A stretch of DNA of 63,627 nucleotides, counting the filler, from Cercozoa sp. M6MM (Eukaryota > Protista > Endomyxa: Ascetosporea), in assembly GCA_040357565.1 (NCBI GenBank). It is 16 parts of 16 records of this genome, joined end to end, with 100 filler letters (N's around TTAATTAATTAA, not from the genome) between each part and the next. Parts side by side here need not be neighbours in the genome. Positions count along the whole stretch, not along the records: positions 37,863 to 45,051 come from JBDODJ010000647.1; positions 45,152 to 48,179 come from JBDODJ010001641.1; positions 48,280 to 51,928 come from JBDODJ010001371.1; positions 52,029 to 57,256 come from JBDODJ010000942.1; 12 more parts are not named here. One strand, given 5' to 3'. Position 1 is the first letter of the stretch; every line of letters starts with the position of its first letter. Under the pieces are notes generated by a model. That model was not told the origin of the DNA and did not search any database. It saw only the letters and a list, made by a program, of their open reading frames with translations. Made by a program: the position numbers and the translations under genes. Positions 41,130 to 54,119 of the stretch are shown here, piece by piece.

Positions 41130-42772
41130 GCAGAAAGATGCACCAAGCCATCGCATTGGAAGCGCGCAACTTCATTGCCATTCAAATCAACTTCAACTGC
41201 CTCGTTCACCTGTATCAGATTAAGGATACAAAAGGAGAAGGGGGTAAGTGGCCAAACCAACCGTAACAACGACAAGGTTGTCGCCAACCTGCAGTACGTC
41301 GCGAACGCCGCCGTCCATGTGCAGCAACACTTGCTGCAGCGAAGGTCCGCTGCTTGTCACCGACGCCAATGACACGATGCCTGCCTCAGCACCGGGGGGG
41401 GGGGGGGGAAAAGAAGGCAAAGGGAGATGACGGGACACCGCAACGACTACCCGAATCGTCCCAAACGATGACATTCTTGGCGATGCCGAGCATCGTGTCC
41501 TGACCACTGGCACCTCTGCCCACCGTCCAACCCAACATAAGCAACATGCACTAGAGAACAATAAGGTAGAAAGTAGCAATGTACGGGACAGCAGCGTGCG
41601 TTTCAAAGAACCTCGCGTGTCTGGCCGTACCGAGGAACTCGTCCGCGCGGACCCAGTCACCGAACCGCGCGGAGGCGTCGACGCCGACCTGTAGGCATTC
41701 GCGCACGCCGTTGCGGCAGGCCAGTCGCTGCGTGTGCGACGCGGAACTCGGCACGGCCGTCACGTCGCCCTCCGCACTCACGGCCACGAAGCCTGCTTGC
41801 AGTATCATATTAACCCCCCCCCCCCACCCGTTTTACCCCCTAGAGACAGGTGTACCGTCGTTGCCGCGCAGGAAGACAGTATCGCCAAACGACATGGCCG
41901 AGGAGGCATCAGCACCGTCGACAGCGACGCGTGTGTCTTCGTCGATAGTGACGACGCCGTCGGCGAGGTAAGCCAGTCCACCACTCGTCAGAGACAGTGT
42001 CGTGGTAGAGCACGGCACCTCCTTGGTCGCGAACTTGCTGGCCGCCACCTGACTCGCTAGGGTGCCTAGGGCGCACCTCCAGTAGGTAACGATGGCAACA
42101 AAAACAGGGGAAGAAGAAAAGGTTTATTCGTGTGATACCGAGTCCAAGGAAGGCATCGAAAGAGTGCATGCGGCAAGTGTTGTCGTCCTTGTGCTGCAGC
42201 AATGCCACGGCCACGCGCACCTGTTTCGCCTCCTCGACCTTCTTGACCGACACGGCCGCGAACTTGGCCTGTGAGACAGGTGTACGTGAAAGGCAAGGGG
42301 AGTAAAGGGGCCAAAGGGGTGAAGAATACGACGGCTGAAGGCGGCAGAATCTCTTCAGCGTCGAGTTTCCATTGTGCCTCCACTTTGCCTGCAGTTTCAT
42401 AGAAACACATAGGCGCGGGGGGGGGGGGGAAGCTGCACTACCGTCCTTCTTGCTCAGTTGTCGAATGCTGCCATCCTTGCTTAGTACCAGCACGCTCGCA
42501 TCGTTGAGCGGCACAACCGAGGCCAGCGTTTCCTGCACCGGGAGTGGAAAACGCCACTCTGCGTCGCCAGTCCGCGCGGACACGCGCGTCACCACCGATT
42601 GCTCGGACGCAAGAATCAGACCAGACCCTACATTGTCGGTGGAGACCATAGAAGACACACGACCGATGAAGTCCTTGTTCCACAGCGGCCCCGACGACGA
42701 CGATGCCTCAATCATCACCGCGCAGGCCAGCCAGGCGACCTGCCCGGCCAGCAGGCGTCGCAATAGCTTCAT
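41130..42772 (-). CDS. EMC1: ER membrane complex subunit 1 (PQQ-like beta-propeller), N-terminal part only
   Basis: Signal-peptide-like start, then WNKDFIG, LILASEQSVVTRVSARTGDAEWR. Confidence 0.75.
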
Positions 42773-42979
42773 TTTTCGCTGTATTACTCCAACAGTACAA
42801 TGGCCGGATCACGCACACGCCGTGGAGCACGTCGTGCGTTGGTTTGCTTGTTGTTTTGCTTCCACAACAGATTAAAGCTGCGCCAAGCAGTACGATGTTT
42901 TTTTAAGGTAATAACAACTGCGACTTGCTAGCTAAAAGCGCACAACGCTTAACCCGAGTGTGCCTGTCAATAATCCAAA

Positions 42980-43900
42980 ATGTCACAGGTTTATTTCCTT
43001 TACACGTGAGTGATCTGCCTGGCTGCAGTTATTTTTACTGCAATCCCCAGCGGACCATCGTTATCGCTGTTGACGGCAGCGAGAACGCCAACGATGCCGT
43101 CACGTGGTACAATTGCGTTGCAGTCTGTTCTGATGTCAGACGGATGAATGATTCGGTGTTTTTCTAGGTACATCGAGCAGCACTTGAAGGAAGGCGACAA
43201 GTAGCAAGATTTCTCATTTTTGTGGTATTACCATGCATCTGACAAAGTACTTCAACTCTCCTACAGAGTCGTTTTGGTGACTGCCATCGTTCCTGACAAT
43301 GCTCTTCCCTTCTTGGCGCCGGTCGGTGAGGCCGCCGCCGCTGCCGCTCTCGCTGACGCTGCGCGCGCCATGTACGCGTGTTCATTCCACCTCCTGTCTT
43401 TAGAGTTATACCAGACACAATCTGCAGGCAAAAGGAAGCTGAACAGGAGGGCCAGCGCATCCTTGCGCAGCTTTCAAGAAAGTTCGCCGATCTCCGTAAG
43501 CTACCTACTATTTGCATGCGTGTGGTAGCTCTCACATACGGAGAGGAGAGATGGGATTGTGCCTTTAGCGGTGGACTGCATTGGCCGCGTGGTTTCGGGC
43601 GATGCGCGTCATGCCATCATCGAGCAGGTCGAGCAGTCGCAGGCCTCCCTTTTGGTAGTCCACCCTGTCTCCGTTGTGTGTCATTGCGTTTACGTATGTT
43701 TCGTTTAGGTCATCGGAAGTCGAGGCCGCGGCGCTGTTGCACGCACTCTTCTCGGCTCCGTGTCCGACTTCTGTCTGCACCACGTCACGGTACACATGAC
43801 AAACGGGCGGTGTATTTGCGTTACCCTTGCTTGACGCTGGTTTCTGGTTGTGCAGGTTCCTGTCGCCGTCATTCGCGGCGACATCTCCAAGAAGAACTAA
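42980..43900 (+). CDS. Universal stress protein (UspA-like)
   Basis: RTIVIAVDGSENANDAVTW, GDARHAI, VIGSRGRGAVARTLLGSVSDFCLHH, VPVAVIR. Confidence 0.95.
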
Positions 43901-44085
43901 CTTTCGTCCTTAGCTTTGCCGCGCATGCCGTGCTTGTGCATGCAGCGCAGTGTGGGCAGTCTAGCAGTGCTTAGATTTGGATCCAATCCGTTACGTTAAT
44001 CGAATTCGCTGTCGCATGGCGGGTAAAATTGCCAGTAAACTTAGTTTTGCCGTAAACTAAACTTAATTCCATGGCAACTCGAGCC

Positions 44086-45051
44086 GAATGTGAATTTTTA
44101 GTGGGTCATTTTTGGTAAGCAGAACTGGCGATGCGGGATGAACCGAACGCGTGAGCCAAGGCGCCTAAATGTTCGCTCATTCTAGATCCCATAAAAGGTG
44201 TTGATTCATGAAGACAGCAGGACGGTAGTCATAGAAGTTGAAATCCGCTAAGAAGTGCGTCACAACTAACCTGCCGAATGAACTAGCCCTGAAAATGGAT
44301 GGCGCTCAAGCGCCTGCCGAAGCTCAGCCGTTGTTGCAAGTGATTACGCGCCAACGAGTAGGAGGACGGTGGCGTGAGCCCAAGTGGAACGGTCGTTAGT
44401 GCAGATCTTGGTGTTAGTAGCAAATATTCAAGTGAGAATCTTGAAGTCTGAAGTGGAGAAGGGTTCCGCGCGAAGCGCATTGCGACGCGGGTGAGCCGAT
44501 CCTAAGAGAAGGGGTAACTCCGTAAGGATGGGCGCGATTGCCTTTGTAGGTCGCGCCGCTCTTCGAAAGGGAAGCCGGTTAAAATTCCGGCGCCAGACAG
44601 TGGATATTAGCGCGGCAACGCAAATGACCGTTGAGACGTCGGCTGTAGGCCCGAGCAGAGTTATCTGTTCTGTTTAACCCACACATACCACGGAATCGGT
44701 TTGCCCGGAGAGGTGGCGCAGTGTTGGGGAAGAGGTGCGCAATCTTTGCGCTGCTTCGGTGTCCTGCGGAAGGCCCTTGAAAATCAACGGGAAGGAATTA
44801 TTCTCACGTCTGGTCGTACCCATAACCGCATCAGGTCTCCTAGGTTCGAAACCTATAGACAATTGGGATAATGTAGGTAAGGGAAGTCGGCAAAATAGGT
44901 CCGTAACTTCGGGAAAAGGACTGGCTCTGAGGATTTGGCAGGGTGGCCCTTGCTGCGAAACCTGGCTGCAGCCGAGGGACTACTGCGGACCTGCCTTCGG
45001 GCGGGACTGCGGCGGACCTTTGGTAGCGGCCTGGCGCCGTGCTCGGGAGTG
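44086..45051 (+). rRNA. Internal fragment of eukaryotic LSU (28S) rDNA, divergent and 5'-truncated
   Basis: Conserved blocks TTTTGGTAAGCAGAACTGGCGATGCGGGATGAACC, GCCCTGAAAATGGATGGCGCT, AGATCTTGGTG.TAGTAGCAAATATTCAA and GTAAGGGAAGTCGGCAAAATAG.TCCGTAACTTCGGGAAAAGGA. Confidence 0.92.
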
Positions 45052-45174
45052 NNNNNNNNNNNNNNNNNNNNNNNNNNNNNNNNNNNNNNNNNNNNTTAAT
45101 TAATTAANNNNNNNNNNNNNNNNNNNNNNNNNNNNNNNNNNNNNNNNNNNNTTTTTTTTTTGCATTGCTTGCAG

Positions 45175-47003
45175 CGAGAAAAGCGTACAACGAACTGATT
45201 GACTTTGCTAGCGAGAATCTAACTGCCCTGGCCAAGGAGCAAAACAAAACGCTGGCCCAGGTTATTGAGCCTGATCCTCGCATGTAGTATCCGCCTTACA
45301 GGCCTTCTGTACCTTTTACACTTATGTATTTTCCCAGGTGTGTGGTCACACGCGAGATGGCCCGTGATGAGGTGCAACTTTTGTTTTTGTTCAATTCAAT
45401 CTATCGCGTTGTCTGAGTTCGACTTGATTCGCAGGCACTTAATGCGACCTTTCGACACAACGAGGCCTACATGGCGGAGCTGCAGACTCAAGTTGTACCA
45501 GTTGACACTCGTTGACTTTCTTATCGATACTCTTTTTCTACTGAACAGGACATTACGATCGATAAGGAGCGCGACTCAACCGTCAAACGTGCGACCACCA
45601 ATGTGCCACGCAGCACTTTCTATCGTTACTGATTCACAATTTCCCTCCATTAAAAATACGCTGAACAGGTCGTGTTTTCGTCGATTTGCGGTGCAGCCAT
45701 CATCGTGACTGCGTCACTCGTGTTTTTATGTAACTTTTTACGGGCTTTTCTGTTCAAATGTTGCTTCTGAACTGTGTGATGTTGATTATTGTTTCTGATT
45801 GTAGCTGCGAGATCACACTCGCACAACATGCAACTCATGTTTACGACGAAGGTGCTTTGATTGTTGAACCCGCGTCCTATCTTTGATTGTTTTAACTTTA
45901 GACCTGGTCGCTCGAACGAATCACTGCCGACGACGAATGCAACATTCTGTACTTGCTTTGCCAGTATCGACAGCATGAAGGCTTCAAACGGGATAGTTTT
46001 TTCATGTGTTTAGATTCGAAAAGCACGCGGCAAAGAAGTTCTGCAACGAAATGATCGTATCTGTTGCTCTGCAGTTTTGGGAGTGGGAAAGGAGAGGGTC
46101 GAGTTTCGGAGTGCACAAAAATAAATACAGAGCTTCCACACCGCGTTCGAGCGGACACTGTGGCGTGTGCGTGGTCTTTCGTTCGTCACGGTGGGCACTT
46201 TCTTTGAAAGTTTGGTTCTTGACCTTTTCTTCTTCCGCAGGCAGCGCGTCTGTATTTTGAGTTCATTCGCGTGGGCGCGCCAGAGGAAATCAACATCTCG
46301 GCTCGTGACAGTCGGCGTGTGCAGGTACTTGATGCCACGGTTTGTTTGTTTGTACTGATTTATTGGGTTTTAGAGCACCTTCTGGCGTCAATCACTTGAC
46401 GTGCTCGAGGACGAAAGTGACGAAGCGAATGACCTGAGACAGCGCTTCGATAATGCGAGGTGGGTTTGTTTTTTGGGAGGCTTCTTTACTTCTATTCCGT
46501 CTGGAGGTATCGTTTTCTTGAATGGCAGAGACGACAAGCAATGGTCGATCGCACAGGAGATTTGCGGCACGGCAAAGTCGCGCATTTTCGACGAGGTACT
46601 AGCTTTAGCTGGACTGAACTGTATCAAGCTTGGCTCATGTGCACGCATCGAGAGCTTGTTAACTAACAGGAAGGCAACGTTACTCTCCAATCGGATGCCG
46701 AATGCACGGAGCGGTTGTTGCAGTCCTTCGTTGCTGCCTATCGCGAGAATCGAAAGCTGATTATGGAGGTGCTACACTTCATCGGATCACTATGATTCAT
46801 GAGAGCACGATTAAATTTGCTGTAGAACCTGCACTGCGGCTTTGTTGCCTCCGCCGAGTTTACGCAGTTCGAGCAGGTAACTACAATCTGCTATCTTGTT
46901 GTTTCAAGTTATAGCAATCTGCATAATGCTCCAAACTGGCCATGTGCAGGAACGTCGCGAGCGCCTGCAGCGCGAGTTTGCCGTGCTGCAGCGGCAGAAG
47001 TGA
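45175..47003 (+). CDS. Hypothetical multi-exon protein, C-terminal part
   Basis: Series of short GT-AG-bounded exons ending ERRERLQREFAVLQRQK*. Confidence 0.5.
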
Positions 47004-47444
47004 TCTAATCGGACATCTGACATGCATTGGTATCATAGAGTCGTAACGTAAGTGAACTACACTGAAAGAACCAACTTCTTTCTGCTCGGCAAAGGAGTTG
47101 CGCCGATACTAGTCCTACCCTCAGTCAGCAAGCAGTATAAGTTTACATGATCCGATCAGCTCTTGTGACCCTGACTCATGCAGCGGAACTACGTACACGA
47201 CAGTACCCATCGCATCAGACTCAACCACTTCCGTTCGTTTATGGGTCGGTAGTACTACCGGAAAATCCGTTCCGCATAACATACGATTGGCTCCTATTAA
47301 GTTAAATTATACCAAAATCGTACAATCCATGTTTCTTTGCGCGCAGCAGTGATACCACATGCAATGCAAATGCATCTCGATGCGCTGTTTGAATCCTATT
47401 TATGGTAGTTTATGGTGGTTACTCTTAGTTTCTTGGGAACACAT

Positions 47445-47760
47445 CCATGCATAAATTTACATACATAAATTTACATACACGTGTATACATATACATACAT
47501 ACATACATACATACATACATACGTACGTACGTGCGTACATACATACGTACATACATACGTGCGTACATACATACGTACATACATGCACACATACACACAT
47601 ACATACACAAAACATAACTCAACAGTCGTACATACATATATACACAAACTGGCACAAGTACAGGCATCAGTCGATGTTAGAGGTACGTAGATACATATCA
47701 TACACATCTCCTTGCATACTGTACACACATACAAACAAACATAAATTTACATGCACAGGT
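47445..47760. repeat. Degenerate (TACA)n/(TACG)n microsatellite
   Basis: Directly visible in the sequence. Confidence 0.85.
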
Positions 47761-48130
47761 ACATTCTTTGTTATACTGGTACAGTATTGAAACATGGAAG
47801 CGCTCCAAAGCGCATTTGCCTTCTGCAGCGTGGGCTGCCTTGCATTGATAGCAGGGGCAGTACCAGTCGAGTTATCGTATGCTTCTACTAGTTAAGTATC
47901 GTACGGCAACTGTCTCGTCTCGCGTCGTCGGAACGAGATCTAACTGGGCCTACCGTACTAAAAAGAACGGAAAGCAAGCGAATTCAAACGGACGGCTAGC
48001 GGAAGTTCGAGGTTAGCCCTCGGCCCGTTGCACGTCGCCTTACGGTTGCGCTCAGCGGTTGGTTCAGTAGCGCATCGGCATTGGCGGCGGCGCGCGAAGT
48101 GTGCGCAGCACGTGCTGCATGTGCACACAT

Positions 48131-48178
<48 letters not shown>

Positions 48179-48279
48179 CNNNNNNNNNNNNNNNNNNNNN
48201 NNNNNNNNNNNNNNNNNNNNNNNTTAATTAATTAANNNNNNNNNNNNNNNNNNNNNNNNNNNNNNNNNNNNNNNNNNNN

Positions 48280-48320
<41 letters not shown>

Positions 48321-48334
48321 CCACTTGTTTGCAC

Positions 48335-51300
48335 AGACAAAAGGTACGCGCACAGGTCGCACGCAACCTGCAGCGTCACTTTGCTCGGTACTTTCCGCGT
48401 GGGTAGTTTGCCCTCACAAAATATGACCTTGTGCAGTCGTTCCCGGGACGCCGAGGCGAATGCTCGTCGCTTTTGGCACACCGTGTCGCGCGATGTCATG
48501 GGCGGTTTCTGGCACAAGATTGAACGCCTGCTGCAGGTACTTTCTGGGCATGTGTGCGCATATCCCTCGCCGTTACCTTGCCACAGGCGTTTGCACGCAT
48601 GTGTTATGCCTGTCTCATTGCGCAGACCAAGCTGCAGCGCATCGGCGACGAGAAGCGACGCGAAGAACTCGACGAGCGTCTGCAGCTCAAGGTACTTCAC
48701 CTTCCGTTCCAACTCGCAGACCCTCACAGTCAATAAACTGCAATATACTGTACTCCTACAGGTGTCGGAAACGGAGAAGATGTCGGCGCGACTATCAGTG
48801 TCGCTCAAGTCTGAAGCCACTGGTGAAGGCAAGACCGACTACGCCGTGCCGCAACCGTCCTTGCTGAGGTTCGCTGACCTGCGTTACTATCAGCGACAGG
48901 GTCTGGACTGGCTCGTGTCCTTACACCGCGCCGGTACCAACGGCATCCTGGCCGACGAGATGGGCCTCGGCAAGACTGTGCAGACCATCGCGCTGCTGGC
49001 GCATCTGGCTGAGAATGCCGTCAGCTGGTGTGTTCGCTTCGAGCCCTACCACTTCGAATCTTATGTACGTATGTGTGCCACTTCAGGGGCGCACATCTGA
49101 TTGTGGTGCCAACCTCTGTGTTGGTTAACTGGGAGGTCGAATTCAAGCGCTGGTGTCCGTCGCTCAAGGTGCTCGCGTACCACGGCACACCGACGCAGGT
49201 ACCTCAACTCCGTGTGTTTACCTTACCCCCTCCTCTTTACCCCCTCGCAGAGGGCCGAGAAGCGTCGCGGGTGGACGCGCGACGACGCATTCAACGTGTG
49301 CATCGTGTCCTACAAGCTGGCCGTGAAGGACTCCAAGCACTTCCGACGCAAGCGCTGGGACTACATGGTGCTGGACGAGGCGCACAACATCAAGAACTTC
49401 AAGTCGCAGCGCTGGCAGACACTGCTGAACTTCCACACGCAGCACCGACTGCTGCTGACGGGCACGCCGTTGCAGAACCACCTGATGGAACTTTGGTAGC
49501 TGTGACTGTCGTATCACACTGTCTGTTGGCAGCCGTCTCTGTGCGTGCAGGTCACTCATGCACTTCCTGATGCCGGAGCAGTTCGATTCGCAGCTGGTAT
49601 TTTCTCTTTTGCATTTGACTCGCCTTCGCCATTGCGGTCTTATGTTTGGTGCACAGGAGTTCCGCGAGTGGTTCAGTGATCCGATCAACTGCGGCCTGCA
49701 GAACAAGGTTTCTTTCTGCTGTCTTTGTCTGTGGACTTCCCCTTCACACCCCGTTTAGGCATCGCTGAGCAAGGCGTTGGTGAGTCGACTTCATACAGTT
49801 TTGCGTCCTTTCATCCTGCGCCGTCTCAAAAAGGTACAGTTTCCAGGGTCGTTATCTGAGAGTATCTTTGATCATCGTTGTCGTGCAAGCAGGACGTGGC
49901 CAAGTCGCTGCCGCCAAAGACAGAAAAAATCGTGCCGTGCCGACTATCGCTGCGACAGCGTCGGCTGTACCAGGTAGCGTTCTTGCTTTCTTTGATACTT
50001 CCCTTGGTCTACTGTGTCACCCCCTAGGACTTCATGGCCGCCGGCGACACGCAAAAGCAGCTGACACAAGGTACTGTGTCTCTTGGCTTTGCCTTTTCTC
50101 TCTACTCCCTTGATTGAGCAGGAGGCTTTCTCGGCATGTTGAACGTGCTGATGCAGTTGCGCAAGGTGTGCAACCACCCTAACGTCTTCGCTGGCCGGCC
50201 GATTGTGTCGCCCTTTGACATGGTGTGTGCGGTTTCTGTCTTTGACTGATCCTGTCTGTGACCCTCCCTGATGTATCACCCCCCTGACGTATGATCAGTT
50301 GCCGCACGAGTGCATCCAGCGCCGCCTGCCGGGCATGCTGTTGCTGGACAATGCGACAGACGAAGGTGACTGCGTTTACAATGTAAACCACGATTCGTAT
50401 GTCGTTGTACTCTGTTGGAAGGAACAGGTCTCAACATTGACGCCATGTGCCTGCAACGCACCAGTGCGACACCCACGTGGACACTCTCGCTGGCCAGGCG
50501 GTGTGTCGCTCAATCATCCAGCTTATACCTCTCCATTTATCCCCCCCCCCCCCCCCCGTGCAGCACGAGGCAGCTCTGGCAACCTCGGTCAGAGCGAAGC
50601 GCTGACGGCGACGTGGCACGTGACTTTGACCTGTCATTGGTGAGTCTTTTAGCGCAATGTTGGCCACGTGGACTGAGTGGACATGTGCATTGTGATATGT
50701 GATTATCTCAGGGCAAGGGCGATCCGCTGAAACTGATGGCGTCAGCCTCGCCTTTTCGCAAGCTGCTGCTGCGCGTGCGGCACCGTCTCGTGGTACCGTC
50801 TTTTTTAGGCTTGTATAGGTACGCGTGCGTTTTGCACGAAGAAAAGCTTGTGTTTTTGTGTGCAGGAAGCGCGTCGCGAGGAAGTTCGTCTCATGAATCA
50901 GCACCATCGACGGTAGTGCCCCCCCCCCCCCCGCGCGTGCTATGCTGACTTACCTTTGCAACGTGTAGTCGCCTGGAGGCACTGGTGCCACTGATCGGAG
51001 CTGACACCATCCGTGTCTGTAGTGGTACAACCGTCCCTGTGTGTATGTGTACGTGCATATGTACTATACTCTGACGGTGGTGCTGTGCAGTGGTGCGACC
51101 GCTGCGACACCGTCAGGCAGCGCCCATGCGACGCCGACCGACGGCTTGGTGGGTGCTGCCCGACGGTCGCTGTCAGTTGGTACCTGCCCCCCGTTACCCC
51201 TGTTATTCGCCATGTACAGTACTCCGCAATAGGTGCTACCGCTGCCCCGCACGCATGACTTTTTGCCCGACACGAGGCCACCAGTGCAGGTAGACCTTTT

Positions 51301-51833
51301 TGGTTCTGTCCTCTGGCTTGGCACGTGTCAGTTGGTACCCTTTCCCTCGATGCAGAATCCGCCGCAGCCGACGAAGCGCAAGAGTTTCAACAAGGCCGAG
51401 CTGACCCCTGAGCAGCTGCGGGTACACTTCCTATTCTATTTCCCTCTCCAATGATGTCCGCTTTCGGTGCAGAATGTCGAGAACGTCGAGATGGCGGATC
51501 AACGGTACTGGAAGAAGCGACGCGAGGTAGCTGCTTTACCCCTCCCCTCCTTCCTCTCCACTGTATCTACCTTTTTCATTTAGGTCTTTCCTCGTCTGCG
51601 CGGAGTCTGGCAAGCACTGCGCTCGCTCGTCTTGTCACCGCAGGTACTTTTCTCTGTTTGCGCCCACGCGTGGGTGCAAAGTGTCGGTGACCGGGACGGT
51701 TACTGGCTGGGGGTGACTGACCTACTGTGACGATTCGACACGTGCGCAGGAGCGACTGGAGGACACGTTGCCGATCGACCGCATTCAGCACATTGCGTGT
51801 ATTGCGCCCAAGGCACGTGCCCATCCGGCGCAG
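48335..51833 (+). CDS. SWR1: SWR1/SRCAP/PIE1 chromatin-remodelling ATPase, partial
   Basis: HSA-like FWHKIERLL; [100 protein letters not shown]. Confidence 0.93.
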
Positions 51834-51878
51834 GTGGTCTACTCCTCGTTGTCACCGCACGTGCGCAATCGGTAACCA

Positions 51879-51928
<50 letters not shown>

Positions 51929-52046
51929 NNNNNNNNNNNNNNNNNNNNNNNNNNNNNNNNNNNNNNNNNNNNTTAATTAATTAANNNNNNNNNNNNNNNN
52001 NNNNNNNNNNNNNNNNNNNNNNNNNNNNCCCCCCCCCCCCCCCAGG

Positions 52047-53189
52047 ATGCGTTGCTGCTGCAACGTTGGAACGAGTTGACGCAGAAAATCATGTAGTTTA
52101 CCCCTGTCGCCCATCTTACCCCCCATCTTACCCCCCTCTCCCCTGCGAAGGAGTCACCTGCGAGAGGAACCGCAGGAGGCAGCGAAAACGTGGGCCGTCG
52201 TTGCTGAGTTCCATGCTTGTCGTGGTAGGCTTGTTTACCCCCCTCCCCCATCCCTTGACTTTGTGCCTCTCTCCCTCCCTCGGCAGGTGCGAAGGAGGAA
52301 GCCGTGGAGTTCGAACAGCGCTGTTTCCGCGCGTTGACTGCGGTGCCTCGTTGGTTCGACGGTAGGCTTTACCCCCCTCTACCCCCTAGCCCGACACCCC
52401 TACCTCCTCTACCCCCTACCTCTACCCCCTACCCCCTCTACCCCTACCCCTACCCCTACCCCCATATCCCTACCCCAGATGTGGATGCGGCCGAGCACTT
52501 GTTCTCTGCGACGCGCCGTTTGATGTGCTTTACCTGTTTACCCCCACACATTGCCCCCCCTTACCCCCCCCCCCCCCCTCCCAGTGGCCGTTTCGAGGCG
52601 TGCAGCGATCCGAGCAAGTACCGCGTGGCGGCGCGATCGCTCAAGAACGCGCTGCGGCAGTGCGAACCGCGACTCGGCCGCGATCATGCCGAACTGGCCG
52701 AGGTGTGTTCTTACCCCCCCTACCCTACCCCTGCCCTACCGACCTACCCCTACCTAACCCTACCTACCCTACCTAACCCTACCTACCCCTACTCCTACCC
52801 TACCCCTACCTACTCCTAACCCTACCTAACCCTACCCCTACCCCTACCTAACCCTACCTAACCCTACCTAACCCTACCCCTACCTACCTATCCCTACCTA
52901 ACCCTACCCCTACCCAACCGTACCCCTACCTCCTCCTACCTATCCCTACCCCTACCTACCTATCCCGACCCTACCTATCCCGACCCTACCTATCCCGACC
53001 CTACCTAACCCTACCTATCCCTACCTATCCCTACCTATCCCTACCTGTCCCTACCTAACCCTACCCCTGCCCCCTGGCCCTACCCTACCCATGGCGCAGG
53101 TGCGACAGGCGATCGACGACTTCTGCGCCAAGCACAAGCGCGCGCGCCGTCGGCGCGACGACGACGACGCCTACGCCGACTGGCGCTGA
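52047..53189 (+). CDS. C-terminal exons of a helical-repeat protein (TTC27/Emw1-like, tentative)
   Basis: TWAVVAEFH..EAVEFEQRCFRALTAVPRWFD|DVDA..YRVAARSLKNAL..YADWR*; the resemblance is weak. Confidence 0.4.
52712..53090. repeat. Intronic telomere-like degenerate repeat (CCCTA/CCTA/CCTAAC)n
   Basis: About 380 bp of CCCTAC/CCTAAC variants inside a GT...CAG intron. Confidence 0.85.
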
Positions 53190-53329
53190 CTGTGCACGCA
53201 GCTCTAAGTCGCACCAGCATGTAGTACTATCGAGTTTAGTATTCGTTCGTGTGGGGGGGTCTTTAAAGATTCTACTGTCACAAGACTCAAGTGTCAGAAC
53301 TTTGAGTTCTGGCGCTGGTTGAAGCCAAA

Positions 53330-53620
53330 CAAACTGGTCCTAGTCTTAGATTGCAGTATCTCGATGGCATCAGTAGTCTTAGATGTATCTCGATGTCTTA
53401 GCAAACTGATCCTAGACGTGTATCTCGATGTCTAAGCAAACTGATCCTAGGGACGCATCACCGCTGTGTGGAGCGCATGGCATTCAGTAAACTTAGCGCA
53501 ACTTTGTTACAAAGCTGCGCCACCCGGCACCTGAGACGCGCGCACACTCGACGTCGTCGCCAAACTCCTGCGAGACCTCCTACCCTCGTAGATCAGCGTA
53601 TCTCGATGTTGGGCGAATTG
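53330..53620. repeat. Clustered GTATCTCGATG (4 copies) and CAAACTG(A/G)TCCTAG (3 copies) repeats
   Basis: GTATCTCGATG at 53356, 53385, 53420 and 53598. Confidence 0.8.
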
Positions 53621-54119
53621 ATCCGAGTGACGCACGACTGCTGAGCACATGCCAGTGCATCCAGTAGTGCGACTTTGATGCGATCGATCAAGCCACCAGC
53701 TCGATCAGTCAGTTCCGTGGGTTGTCGTGCACTCGTTGATACAATTAGTGGGGCAGTGGCTACACATGAAACTGGAACAGTTCCCCTTGCAGCAACAACA
53801 TTTGTTTGTCTTTTTCCTACCGACTCTGGCCTACAGTACGTTCTCTGGCCTGCTTTAGCCGTTCGTGTGAGTGTTGCTGTGTTTACGTCACCGGGCTTGC
53901 TTTGTTTTTGTTTTTTTGACGTTGTCTGTTGTGCACCGTGGTTTGCTTGATCGACAGTGACCAGACATCATCTGTTATCAGTGTTACTGTGCATATGTGC
54001 CACAGAAGCTCCAGAGCTCGTGTTGTATTTTTGACGCCCTTGCTGAGGTATGTGAAAAGATCAAACAAAAAGAGCCCCACCTGTGTTTTTGTTTTTATCT
54101 GCTGTTGTCAGAGCAAAAA

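Noticed and set aside
44283-45103. ORFs within the rRNA fragment
   Set aside because: Spurious frames over LSU rDNA.
53330-53620. CRISPR-like array
   Set aside because: Eukaryotic context, repeats too short and irregular, no unique constant-length spacers and no cas genes.
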